The notes: a model not told the origin generated them from the sequence alone. A stretch of 64,000 nt of DNA from Hyphochytrium catenoides (GCA_900088475.1 FLMG01001983.1:1-64000), one strand, 5' to 3'. Counted from the first letter of the stretch, positions 36,001-48,919 are shown. Program-made: numbers and translations.

Positions 36001-37320
36001 TCCTCTCACTGATAAGAGATAACCCGGATGCTGATGGGAGAAGACGGACGGAAGGCGGTTTAGAGAATGGCAGTGAGGGAAAGAACCCTGCAGTTATCGT
36101 CGAAGAAGATTTGGAGATTGCTGGCTTGCTGCCTGTGGAGGCTGCCTTCAAAAAGAGGTATGAGAAGGAGTTTATGGAGGATCTTAAGCCTTCTCCTTCT
36201 CTTTCCGCCAAACAGCACGAGCGAGTTGTTCGGGCCCATAGATTTGCCTCATTTTGCGCCGAGAGGGGGCTCATCTACAGGGTAGACGGCAAAGAGCATG
36301 GGTATAGGGCCGAGCTGCTTCCCTCTGTCTCATCTTTAGGTCTGCTCGGTCTCTTAGAGCCATCGAAAGTGAACATTGCCACCGATAAAGTGGAAGAGAA
36401 GAATCCGCCTTCAACTTCTCCTCCTAACGCGGAAGATGAGAAAAAGAATGTGACGGATGAAGTGACGCAGGTTTGTCTGAGTAACCCTCCATTTCCTCTA
36501 GTCACTGCTTCTAAGTTTTGTCTCTTTTTGCCTTCTCTTTGGGTGTCAGGTTCTTGACAGCATCTTTCAGTCCTATCAATCTCCATCATCGCCTGTGAGA
36601 AAGCCTGAAGAGGAACTAGGGATAGAAGGCTCGAGGGAAGATTTGATGGTTCTTAATCCTGGAAATTCAGCTTCAGCACTGCAACACGCGGGCCCGCAAG
36701 GGCAGAGAACTAGAAAGACTTTTCCTTTGGCTTCTGAGAGGAAAAGCGTTCCTAGCTCATCTCTTGCTTCTTCAGCTCACTCTACCGCATCCTCTCCTTC
36801 GGTACAAGACCTCCTTCGTGCTCCCCAGGCACTTCCACTCATTGTCATCGACGCCCCAAACGTTGCGATGCGACATGGACTCAACAGTTTCTTCTCTTGT
36901 AAGGGCATTCTACTTGCGTTCTCCTACTATCGAAAGAGAGGACATAAAGTGGTCGGCTTTCTACCTGACTATTACACGCGATATGAGGAAGTGGGGAAGA
37001 TGAGAAGGATGGCCAAAGCAGGTTTTGACGTGGGGAAAGCCAGGATCCCGGACGATGTATCTCTTCTCCGATCCTTAGTGGAAGGTGGAGCAATCGTCGC
37101 CACTCCCTCTCAGGACTACGACGACTCTTACTGCATACAATATGCAAGGACTCATGAGGGCTGCGTAGTGACCAACGATCTTTATAGAGATCATTTGGAG
37201 AAGCAGGGAGGAAGAGAGGAGAAAGCGGCGCTGAGACAATGGCTAAAGACCCATGTTATTTCTTACACATGGGTCGGGGATGAGTTTCTTCCCAATCCAG
37301 ACTTCAGATTCCCGACGTAA
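33013..37320 (+). CDS. SMG6/EST1-like NMD factor with C-terminal Zc3h12a (Regnase/NYN)-type PIN ribonuclease (5 exons)
   Basis: EBM-like SRPGFEVYVPR. EST1/14-3-3-like NLDQKLW, LIAVGDLSRYSEQ and GNGKAFNQLAVIATYRRDLPSAMYLYFRALAA. The last exon has IVIDAPNVAMRHG...FSCKGILLA...DYDDSY...VVTNDLYRD. GT-AG introns near 33178, 34103, 35394 and 36470 join the ORFs in frame. Confidence 0.88.
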
Positions 37321-37937
37321 GAAACCGCGCGAGAGGAAGAGAGGACGAGAAGGATTAACAAGGAGTGAGAAAGCACGGTAAACGGCCTGGGGGCTCGCTA
37401 GCCGCTGTATGGCCCACGGAGGCCACACAGAAAAAGCTTGCCTCTTCGAAGAGGAAACTGAAGCTTTGAGTGTCACACGCTCCTTTAGGTATGCGCATCC
37501 CTTTCGCGCCTTGCCTCCTTCAATGATGATAGCAGCGAAGGGGTTGCAGCTTCACGCTGCTGAGCATACACAGGAATGCGTGGAGGAGCGAGAGCGAGGG
37601 ATAGGGCCATTCAGAAATAGAGGGCTGAACAAGGCCGATTTACCGATGAAGAGGTCGTCTCTCCACTTTCAAGTGGGAACCGGATGGAAGCAGGCTGGTT
37701 TGGTGACCGATCCTGAAGCTGAGAAGAGCGGTGTTCCGAAGAATGAAGGTTGTTTTGCGGAGGATCTGGGTGTCAGTGATTGAGGGGAAGTCTGTGTTGA
37801 GCTATGATACAAGATTATGAAACGAAGACGATTCAGTACTTCTAGAGGTACGATGAAAATTTGAGGAGGTTTGCTTATCTTGGTGAGGTTTGCATATAGG
37901 ACAAGAGAATGATGCTAGAGCTCTTGTACGTCAAAAT

Positions 37938-40900
37938 CTATGATGTCTCCCTTGGGAGACCCCATTCTGCTCTCAATCGCTCCTCGAGTTCTTTGCTAAT
38001 GTCCTCTGCGAGCTGGTGATACTCATCCTCATCTCCTATTGTGTCACCAATCTCGCCTCCCGTGCTTCCACCGCCCCCTCCGTGCAAATGTTGCGTCAGT
38101 GTTAAGCTCAAATCTTGAATAGAGGCCCGAAGGCCTTCCAGTGTTTGTCTAGACTCTATCTCTCCCCTTTCACATTCTTTACCTTTCTCTAAGGCCTCCA
38201 CAAGGTCATTCAGCCTTGTAACAGACTTCTCAAGTTCTTCTAATCTCTTCCTCTCGTCTAAAGAGAAGGAGAGAGAGGATAGAGGAAACATCACCGTCTC
38301 TGAACATCCAGATGGAAGTTCCGACGAAGGAAGAGTTTGAATGGCTTCCGGCGATAGTTCTGGCAAGCCCAGTATCTGAGAGCTATTGGGATGTGGAAAC
38401 CTATCATCAAAGAGTGTATCAGATCCAGAATCTGCGTCTTCTTCTCCTGGTTCTCCTGATCTCGATAAATCTGCCTTCAGCAGCGCCGCTACTTGGCCTC
38501 TCAGCGTTCTGTTCTCCTCCTAAAGAAAGCCCAGCATAGAGATATTACAAGTCATGGCATTTAGGGGCTGAAGGCAGTAGTGGCGCTCGAGGTGAAAGGG
38601 ACTTACTTGGATGGTCTTCATAGCCGCTTGAAGCTCTTTATTTTGAGTCTCCAGGCGTGCCACCTGAGCCTGAAGACTCTGAAGAAGTTACAGAGAAGGA
38701 CCGAAAGCAGGTCAAATCTCAACATCCCCCTAAGAGCCACTTTGATGGTGTTCTTACCAGGGAAAGAGGATCAACCTTCTTGGCCTTTCTTCCACCTTTG
38801 TCAAGAGGATATCGACGGGCAGGGGGAGCATAGGTCCAAAATGTACGGAGAGAATGACAAGGCACGTCAGCGGGAAGTTTACCTAGCTCACAGACAGCCA
38901 TTGGATATCACGTCAGCCCTATACCTGTGACGCCGGCTGCCCCAAAATCGGAAGGCGGAAGGCGAGAAGGTCCCAAATGTTTAGCGGAAGCCTTCAACTT
39001 CTTAACTGCTGTAGCTCCCGTTTGGACCATGGAATGAGCTTCAGTAGCTGAAATTGGGCCGGGCCTGGCTTTAGGCTTCGCCTTGCGTCCGAGTGCAGCA
39101 GTACGTGGTCGAGCTGGAGCCACCACCGATTTCGGGACACCGTTAGAGCTAAACCTTGTCGTAGCTTTAGCAGGCTTTGACGGAGGGAGTCTCGCAGATG
39201 CAGGGGTCAGCTTCTTTGATGATTTTTATGCAAAGATTAAAACGGTTAGGGAAGGGCAGGAGGAGAAGAGTTAGGGATTAGACTAACGAGGTTTCACTCC
39301 TCCATTCACGTGTCTCGTTATACCTGCTCTGTCATTTCACCTTCCCTCTTCTTCACGGCTTCAGAGCTAAGTTTGCTAGGCGTTGGTGCCTTCCCCTTGG
39401 TTGACAGGGTATTTGCAGAAGCCTTAGCTAGAGCCTGCTTTGTATCGTCCTGTTCTCGCACCATTCCTCGAAACTTTTCAGCACCATTAACGTCTTCCTT
39501 GTCTCTCTCGATCTTGGCGTGGCGTCCCTGTTTCCCCACCCAGTTGGCATCTGTTTCCAAGAACTCCTCCGTGATGCCCCAGAGAGCTAAGACTTCCCTT
39601 ATTCCGGGAACTCCCCCACAGGAACTCATTGCCTTCTTTATCTTTTTCTTTCTACGACAAACCATACTGCGGATAAACTTCGCTAGTCGGGGGTCTGATC
39701 GCGTAAAAGTGGGAAAAAATCGGCAACAGGAGTGGAGAGGAGATAGATATGATTGATTAGCTTCGGTATGCTTGTGATTAAGAAAAGTGATTGAGGAGCG
39801 GTCACACAGTGATCAGGCAAAACGGCAGCGAGCGTGCACGGGGTAGACCTCAAGAGTGTTCAAAGCAGCAGTGGTATCTGGTTCTGATGCATATAACCCA
39901 CCTGCCTCTCCATTTCCTTCAACATCACAAATGAGGAAGCTCTTATTCGTACGCATCATTTCCGCAATTTGTATCATCCCAGCATTCAATACCTTGTTGT
40001 TCAGAAGGAGGATCCCTGCGCAGTCGGTTGCGGAGTTGCTTTAGTGTTGATCCTCTGCCATGGTAGTTAGCATGAACCCATGGTGTTCCCATTGACAATC
40101 TGACCAATACTCCTCATTCTGTTTAGCTCCTCATGCAGCTCTACCTCTTTATCATCTTTGTTCCATGCAGGAGAGGACTAAAATTTACATAATTCATCCT
40201 GCCTCTATGATCAGACTAGGAGTCTCATACCGACTATCCATGCATCCTGGGCAAGGGTGGAACTTAGTTTTTTAGCAAAGAGCTCTCCTAGCCCATTCTG
40301 CGATAAGTCCAGAAGGACTAGTCCATAACCTCGAACATCTTTAGGAGATTCACCCCTTAGGCTCGAACTCCACTGTAGCTCATCTCTGCGGGCATCATGG
40401 GCCTATATTCAGAAAAAGGGCAAATGAGCTTGAGATAAAGGTATAGATTAGAGGTAAGGAGCCGACGCACCCAGCATCTATTGGGTTAACTGAGTTCTTG
40501 AGAGTGAGGCGCTAATAAGATTGTGGACTTCAAGGAAGTGAAAACTTGGAGACCACAGGTCGATGGGGAACAACAAGACCGTATAAGAACTGAGAGAGGT
40601 CTCGTTAGTGTGGTACCTTAATCATGCTTGTGATGGCGTGCGCACTTTCGTCGGTCAAACTGTTACCAGATAAATCCAGGATCGCCAAATTAGACGCATT
40701 CGTCAGGGCCGGAGACAGAGCTGCAAGTTAAGAAAGAGAGGAGATGAACTCAACACCAGGCCCATACTATCGAGTTGACATGTACATCTAATTGTCAGGA
40801 GCGAAACTCACTTCTCAATCCTGCATCTCCTAAACAACATCCTGATAGCGTCAAGCGCCGCAAGCTGGTGCACTTCGATATCCCCTAAGGAGGCACATGC

Positions 40901-42150
40901 AAGTCAAGTGATGGGATGGGCTAGTCTTCATTTGCGCCTTGCCTGCTCCTTCGATTGCAAACCACATCATTACTCGCTCATCCGCATTCTTATTAAAGGT
41001 GATACCCAATTCCTGTCACACCTAATAAAGGTTACTGTCACCGATCTCTTCTTCTCAGGCAGCAAAAACAGTCTCCCTCTTTGGACAACGAAAAAATAGC
41101 CGTTCTGGGATCTCCTTCTTCATTTACCTTGACCAGCAACTTCAATGACTTGGGCAGCAGCTTTACACCAGGAAGCTGTAAGGTTACCAGCGATGTCGTT
41201 ACTTCAAAGTTACGACCGAGTGCTCTGTGAAGTAAGGTATCGCTTCGTAAAACTGAGGTTGGAGGCTGGAAGAATAGGCCAGTCGTGTAGGAGGTGGAAA
41301 GGAGATTCTATTCTAGACAACTGATAGATACGAGAACTTTCAGGTGCTGGAAATGGCAAACGCACCTGCATAGAATAAGGTTCTCAGACGGATTGAATAT
41401 TGCTGCGCTCACTCCTCTCCGAGAGCGCCCTCCTATAGAGGCCCAGAGTCAAGAAAAGCACGAAGAGCCCGGTAAGCAAACGTACGACAGAGGTACAAGC
41501 TTAAAACAAGATATCTTGGTAAGTGAGAATTCATGAAATATTAAGTGCAACTGGGCATAGAGGATACAGATGGATTCAGGAACTAATGAAGAGGGAGCGG
41601 TGAGAAGGAAGCAATGATACTGTACAAACAGACGGGATTACGTTTCGAGCCACTTGTCTCGCCGCAGGAGAGCCTTATCTCCGTCAAGTTTGCAGCTACC
41701 TTCAGAACTCCCTCCAAGGCTTCCAACTGTCAGGAGACACAGGTAGGCAAGAGGGTAGATCGAGTTATAAAGAATTATGCCGCAGCTATTAGCGTAACCT
41801 TGCGAATGCGTGAACATGCATAGGTAGCAGGAAGCGATGAAGAGCTTCGAGAGAAGAAATATAGATGAGCCGTCTTACCTGCTGAACATCGTAGTCGTCC
41901 AGATGCCCCTGGACCTTATTGAGCCTCAATGACTGCAATATATCAGCATCAGGGGCAATCTGCCTTTTGGAGCAGAGCTTGGTGTACAGAGCCTACCACG
42001 TCAGCTTAGTATGAGAAAGGTCTTCGACTGACACGCCGATGAATGAAAAACCATAAAAAGTACTACCTGTTCTGGTGTGGAATTCCTGCTCCTCTCGACC
42101 GAAGAAGTGACGCTCCTTGCGTCCAAGGACCTTGCTCGAGCCGCCGGCAT
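37938..42150 (-). CDS. CEP78: CEP78-like leucine-rich-repeat centriolar protein, multi-exon
   Basis: ALYTKLCSKRQIAP; LRRs (LAILDLSGNSLTDESA); AHDARRDELQWSSSLR...GLVLLDLSQNGLG...LAQDAWIV (cf. CEP78 RRHEETWAESLR...LSEDLWL). It splices in frame into the 39318-39665 ORF and a C-terminal coiled coil. Confidence 0.72.
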
Positions 42151-42979
42151 TCTTAGATAGCGTCTCGGGTGCGGATCATCACGCTGCGGACCGCCTTTTT
42201 GTGCTTGCGGAGAAATCTTAGTTCGGGCTTATGAGGCTTAGACGCGTTCCAAGCGCCTGCATCCTCGGATGAGGTGTTGAAGAATGAGTTGTTCCAAGGG
42301 TAGCGGGCTGTCCTTTATAACTCCTTTCCGCAACAAATTGCCCACTGTGCCACAGAGCTTGCATCCACAGCCTCCTTGCTAAGTCCAGATTCTTTGTTTT
42401 GACCCAAGTCTATACGGCATAGTCTGTCCGCCTCGATCACTTCAATGCGAGCAATAACCAAATTTGAGTTTTCTTCAGAGAAGAGAGCGCTTGACGAGAT
42501 GACGAGTCTTTCTTTGGCTTGATTTCAATTTCTGAGATGAGAATTGAGCTTTCTAAATGATTTTCGGCTGCCTATTAGGAGCCTCATCAGTGGCTTTACA
42601 TGTTGTTGAAGTTCCCAACTGTAACGAGGGCATGAATTATTCAAAACAGAGGCCCAACAACATTACTGTTGTCTGTTGTACGACTGTATGGGCACTCTTC
42701 TGAAGCGTCACCGAGACATCCCCTTGGAGCTTGGTTCTGATCTGTGATTGAGCTCATGTTGAAGGATCTCTCGGTACAGATAGCTGTACGAATACGGATG
42801 TGCAGATGTGCTTCATTATTCATCCTTCGACCATGGCATTTTCCCCTTTGTTAGGAAGCAATGGAACGTCAAGGGGGAAGAGTAAGAGAGGCCTTTAGAG
42901 ATCAACCAGATATCGAGACCATTGGAAGGTACTTGAGCGTCATCACAGCTCAAGAGAGAACCGCGAAACTTTATTTGAG

Positions 42980-45900
42980 ATGCAGGGGGAACCAAAAGCA
43001 GCCAAACGTCTCAAGACCACTCAACCACCCCACAGTAAGGGTACCGAGGGTGGAAAGGCAGAGCTCCATAGGTTGCTGCGCTGGCTGGAGGAGAAGGGAG
43101 TAGACACAAGCAATTTTAGCGTTCGGACCTCTCAATGTAAACCCTTGCGCTGCCCTTCTCTGCAAATGTTAGGTTCTCTTGACACTATAGCACCCATGCC
43201 TCTGCTCTGTTCTTCCTCCATCTTTTGAGCAGATGGCGGCTATGGAGTCTTTAGCGAAAGAGATATATCTCCAGGGGTGGGCACACCTGTGCTTGAGATT
43301 CCGCAAACAGCCATTCTGGGGTTAGAGTATGCTCTCGATTCAAGCGTAGGCCATGCTGCAGTTAAGTTTGCCACGGAAGAAGGCATCCTTGACAAAGTCT
43401 GGCCGAAAGTGTACCTCTGGTTATACATGATCTATGCTCGAGAAAGTGATGAGTCTTACTTTGGACCCTATCTTCGCTCCATTCCCAGTGAGTACTCAGA
43501 CCCGCTATGGTACTCACCCGAGGAGCTCAAGGTGAGAATGTAGGGCCTTCCTAGAAGAAGTAGAGTGTTTTTGCAGTGTTCATCGCTACTGACCTGTGGC
43601 TCCTTCCCAGTCCCTTGGCTACTGCTTTCATCATATCCCTGACAAACTTATTTGTTAGTTCTTCGAAGGAACAACTTTGGAGAGCTCCCTCTCGAAGTAT
43701 ATCGGTGTCCTCGACGCGCAGTACAAGCTCTTCTTTCCAGCTCTATCAGAACGCCATCCAGAGCTCTTTCCTTCCTCTCGGTACACGTGGCAGAACTTCT
43801 TGTGGGCGCGGTCCGCTTACACCTCCAGAGGTAACCACCAGAATAAATACTAATGAGCCATGTGGGGTGGTGATTTCTTTGTTTTTCTTTGTAATGACGC
43901 TGTACTCTTTCCTGTCTACACTGTTACTGCGTTCTAGCGTAGCTTACAGCATTCTCTTCAGGGTTCTCCCATGCCGTACAGACCCTACAATCAAAGGACG
44001 CAAGTCGAGCTCCTGCCATAAGGTAGAGCTAGGCAGTTATTTGCCGTAAGTGCTTGATAAGCGCCTTGATCACAAGTGCTACTTTCGACCATAGGAGGAC
44101 GGGTGGCTTCTTACAGGAGGAAGGGGAGGGAAAGTGCGGGTGCATGTGCCCTCTACTGGACCTGTGCAACCATCGATATAGGCAAGAGGTTGTGTGGACT
44201 GTATCTTCTGAGTCTCTAGGCTTCGTATACCCCAAAGGGCTGAAACGTGGAGAAGAGATCTTCAATAACTACGGCGCCAAAAGAAGCGAAGGTATGTAAG
44301 TGGGATAGAACCGTGATGGGCCTAGAACTCATACGCCTGGTCCAGAAATGTTGCTAGCTTATGGGTTCTGCGAGGACAACAATCCAAAGGTGACGCCAGC
44401 CAAAAGTGCACTTTCTGTAACCCCGACACTGACCACCATCTACTGTCAATTATTGACTCTTGTCGTCCAGGACTCGGTGGCGGTGGTGGTCCGAATGGGC
44501 AACGAAGGCAGTCAGATTAGCCCTCATCGACACTTGCTCGAAAGGTACCTCAAAGCTGCCCCCTTCGTTACATCTTGATCTATGAGGCGGATTTGCTTAC
44601 TTCTTGTCCACAAAGGATACAGTGTCCAGATTCCTACTTTCTAACCAAGGACGAGATCCCTTGTGAGTTACTTCGCTGTCTGAGGATATGCGTCATGAAT
44701 GAGCATGAGCTGCACACGTTTGGCCTCGTCTCTCCTGAAGGACAAGGGCCAGTCGTCGATGGGCCCATAACCGCTAGGAATGAGTACGCTGCCCTTACGG
44801 CACTAAGTAACATGATCGCTACGCGGTTGGCCCGCCTTTCCGGCGGTTCTCCTGTAGAAGCAGATCTGACGGACAAAGAAGAACTAGACAAGCAGAAGTC
44901 CAATGGCAAGTGGAAAGCCGTCCATGCTCTAAGATATCGAATAAGTCAACGCCAGGTAAACGTAGAATATCTCTACTGCAAGCAAGGGATACATTAGGAA
45001 GAGCTTACCGGTGTCCGTATAGATTCTTATGGCATCCCTGAAGAGAGCTACTGAGCTCATGAGCTCCTTTCGGCGCGATCAGTATCGAATTCTTCAAACT
45101 CTGCCCAATGCAGAATGGCAGCAACCAATAGCAGGAGAAGACTGGTTCCTGCTTGAGAAGGATGTACCGTCGGGGCACGCTATCTTCACATTCGCTCAAG
45201 AATCCGTCTTGACTGCGGAACACCTGCGTATGGAGCTAGGTAGGCATTGGTTGCTTGTAGACAGTATACTAATAACAATGACAGGTCTCCGCAGTACCGG
45301 TACACTGACCAATGTGCTGTGTAGCTGAAGCCTTTGAGCAGATAGAGGGTTTAGAGCAAGAAGTGCTTCTCGCTCTTCTGCTTCTGCACGAGCTCAAGCG
45401 AGGAACAGAGCTTTGGTGTGGTCTCTTTAATGAGGAGTTACTTTATAGACGCTCTGCTTTGCTTTGGAACGACGAAGACTTCGCAGTCCTGGGACCTTGC
45501 AACGGAAGCTTGATGGAGCAATGCCGAGACCATGTGGGCTAAAAATCTCTCTTTATCCTTTTAGCCTATCGCCACTTCCTTCTCTCATACGAGCGATATT
45601 TGGGCCTCTTGAATCCTCAAGCCTTTAACTGACCTCGCTCCATTCGCAGAAAGAGGAGCTAGAAGAGGAGCACGAACAGCTGTTTCCGTTATTGTCCGAT
45701 ACGTGGCCTGCCCTCTTTCCCCCTTGCACGTTCGACAAATTTCTTAAAGCTGTAGCTTTTGTCAGACACAACGCGTTTCATGCAGTGGTTGCCGATTCAG
45801 GGGTCAGTCTGGTAAGCATCTACTGGCATCAAGACCCGGCATACTGAGTTACATTGGTTAATTGTGATCATTCTGCAGTACTGCCTTCTTCCACTGCCCC

Positions 45901-46589
45901 TCACGCGCACGATCCGGCGGAGTCCTGTGGCTCCGGTCTCTCTAGCTTGGGACAACGAGAAAGGCATATGTAGCCTCTTGGCTGAGGAACCATTACGCAT
46001 GGGAGAATGTCTGGTCCTTCCGCTGCCTCCACTCATGGAGGGAACGAATGACGAACAAGTGGAGCTCTTTGGCCAGGCCTGGAACCACAATCCCTACGAT
46101 TGGTGCGGTATTAGACCCCTCAAGGAGGAAAGCAAGGATAAGTCTAAAGCCTACTTTGAAGCTAGAAGGACTATCATGGAGCTGGTCGCGCTAGGCCCAG
46201 TATTGCGGCTCCTGCCCTTGAATCCACCGAAGGTCCTACCGCCAATTCTCCAGCTCGTAGCCGGGCTCTGCGTTGCCCCTGGCTCCGACCTACTTATGCT
46301 CTGCCAAGACCTCGACCCGCCTGCCAAACCGCCCCTTCTGCAAGCACAGTCCTTGTTGACGAAGGTAGGAAGTGTAAAGAGTCGTGAAGCAGCCGTTTTT
46401 CTGGTAAAGCACCTCGAAGAGCTGCTTGGGGCGCTGGATGAGGCTGCTGAGCCCTCAAGAAATATGCCGCGGAGTGCAAGCTGTTGGAAGCAGTATCGAA
46501 GCTCCAAGAGAGAAATCACGGGACAACACCTATCTTTGGCAAGATCGTGGCTGAAAGAGTTGCAGCCTCAGAGGGACCCTAATAATTGA
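42980..46589 (+). CDS. SETD3/SETD4/Rubisco-LSMT-class protein methyltransferase with a second degenerate SET module
   Basis: LLRWLEEKG, GGYGVF, SYFGPYLRSIP, PLLDLCNHR, GEEIFNNYG, MLLAYGF and an LSMT substrate-binding region. A second block follows (LLALLLLHELKRG...LLWNDED...EQLFPLL...GECLVL). Confidence 0.82.
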
Positions 46590-46607
46590 TCTGATAGAAA
46601 AAGTAAG

Positions 46608-47342
46608 CTATGTAGACGGCTCGGTACTGAATAGCCCTAGAATCTCTTCCCTCTTTCTTTTCTTTCTTGGCTGCCTTTCAGGATACTTGCAGCCTCCTTC
46701 AGCCAGGTCCTCAGGAGATGGCTCCGTAACCAAGTTTATGCTGTCCACTTTGAATGAAACATGCTTCTCTGAAGGGTGAAGCCCGTCTTGCATATGAATT
46801 GCTGTATCATCCTCTCTTTGAGAGCTGGTAGACTCACAGGGAGCCCCAGATTCAGTAGTCGCATCCGTGGGAGTAGGGCTGTTCTTCTGAGTAGTACCAG
46901 GGGTGACGTGCAGCCAGCCACCTGCAGTAGTCACCGGTTCCAATGGCTCCTCGTGTTCTGGTCTTTGATCACTGGCTGGTCTAGGTATGATGCTGACCTT
47001 ATGCGTCTTGTGGGTTACACGGGTTGAGCTCTCCGGGGCCCCATCAGGTTTACACGGCCCTAAAAATGTGGCTTCTTCAAGGTTGAGGACGTGAAGCGGC
47101 ATATCCAGGATCTCCAGATCTGCTGCCCAGGTCCGGGGATTGACACGATGGGACTCAATCTTTTTCCCTGGATCCTCTTCATCGTACAATATAATCAACC
47201 TCTCCTTACTGATGACGAGTAACCCATCCTGCCAGATTCTGTTCTTGTTCTTTCGTGCTTTATGTTTAGAATACATGCAGCTGTACTTCACTGCGGGACA
47301 ACTTTGCAGATAGTCGGCTGCTAAATCTGATAAGCTTGGCAT
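46608..47342 (-). CDS. DUF2439 (ZGRF1/Mte1 N-terminal domain) protein, 244 aa, intronless
   Basis: KYSCMYSKHKARKNKNRIWQDGLLVI...IILYDEE matches the DUF2439 pattern Y-x-x-LYT-x(3)-K-K-x-K-x-W-x-DG...LYD. The rest is low complexity. Confidence 0.75.
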   Translation of the reverse strand: MPSLSDLAADYLQSCPAVKYSCMYSKHKARKNKNRIWQDGLLVISKERLIILYDEEDPGKKIESHRVNPRTWAADLEILDMPLHVLNLEEATFLGPCKPDGAPESSTRVTHKTHKVSIIPRPASDQRPEHEEPLEPVTTAGGWLHVTPGTTQKNSPTPTDATTESGAPCESTSSQREDDTAIHMQDGLHPSEKHVSFKVDSINLVTEPSPEDLAEGGCKYPERQPRKKRKREEILGLFSTEPST

Positions 47343-47776
47343 CTTGACAGGTTCCGTTTAGCCGCTATCTGGCCATCACCTCGTGAAGCAGTTGCCGTCG
47401 CTGGGCGGGTAGGACCCGCTAACTAGACAAAGCCAATTGAGAACTGGAGACGACTTCCCAGGCCGACTCTTCACTTTCTTGCTTCTCCAAAACCGTCGGG
47501 GCCTAACAACTTTAATTCTGCTGCGGAAAGAGGAAAGTTCGGTTAAAAGTCGAGACTGCACGGAATTGGATAACGGCGCTTCTTATTAGCCTTCGAAGGC
47601 TGCGAAAATGCCGCTTTATTATGTTATCTTGCGGCCACAACCCCACCTCGTACTGCTTTGTGTCTGCTCCGGTCTCATTCATCCATTTCCAAGTCCTCAA
47701 GATGATGCCGGATTTGTTGTTCCTAGAGATCTCATTTTTGGGTTTTTGAGCCCTTTATTATAGAACGAAAGGAACC

Positions 47777-47879
47777 CCTGGGCTTGACCCTCTTGTGTTG
47801 GAGTTCTTGTAGAGATCCACGATCTTGAGGCCCACCCACGCTAGCTTTTTTTTATATTATAAAAAAGAATAGGTTAGAA
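47777..47879 (+). repeat. Diverged direct repeat, copy A (left island border)
   Basis: Exact 22-mer CTTGAGGCCCACCCACGCTAGC at 47824-47845, plus flanking blocks GGCTTGACC-TCTTGT, GATCCA and AAAGAATAGGTTAGAA, all shared with 59061-59132. Confidence 0.8.
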
Positions 47880-48919
47880 AACCTCGACACTGACCTTATG
47901 CGAGCTCTTATGCGTCGTGTGGTTCTCTCAGGAGAATGACCCTCGGAGCTATGAAGTGGCTGCCACTACTAAGGTACCGCTTGTTCTGTCTATTTGTTAG
48001 CAGTGAGATCAATGATAGCTTACCCCAAAATGCCAAAAATCCTCCGGTGCATGTATACGCTTTCACTCGTCCTCCTCCTGCTCCTCCTTCTCCTCCTCCT
48101 CTGAAAGGCTGCTTTTGGCGTTTCTCGTCTGCTTCAAGATGCGAATGCAAGGTCTTCGCTCTCTTGCGCTCTCTTTCTGTCGCTGTCTCGCTGCCTCTCT
48201 CTCCTCTCTCTCTCTCTGTATGTCTCTGCCGCTATCCTTGCCTCTGCCTGTGCCTCTATCACTATGTCACTGTCCATGTCTCTCTGCCGCTATTGCCTTT
48301 ACCTCTGGCTCTAGCATAGCGGAGAGCGCAAGGGATCCCTCCTTGCTCCAAGTGGCTCCTTGGTAATTGAGAGCAATAGATAATGTATGAGAACCTCCGA
48401 CTTGAATAGAACTCAGAGGAGAGGCTATCAGACCGTCACTCGCCTCTCGAGCAGCCTACCGCACAGTCTGCTGATAATAAGGACGGCCTTTATTCAAATT
48501 TCCTCCTCCTCCTCCCAAGACACTCTTCATCTCTCTCCCTACGTTACCTCGACCTCCTATAAGCTAATAACAGACAGGAGCCACAAGAGTGTCCGTTAGA
48601 AAGTAGGTCAGTCAGTCCAGTTCTTCTCATCGAGGAGCAGCACACCTTCACGCGAATGATATGAGTCACAACACATGATCTGATGACGTAGATGGTCATT
48701 AGTTTGTACTGCCTCATCGTTTGATCTCCACCACCACCTTCGTCATTGGCCGTAGAAGGCCGTGCGTTGGCCAAGCGGCATCACACTACTACTGTCACCG
48801 CGCTCTAGGTCGCAGGTGTACCGCTGTCAATAGAACCGCATCACGTATCTCTTCATCGTTCATTTAGAGGTTGCTTACGTGTAATACCATCGAAGCTGAC
48901 ACACTCAAATTGACAGGCT

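Noticed and set aside
37938-39665. Separate hypothetical gene(s)
   Set aside because: They splice in frame to the CEP78-like LRR exons.
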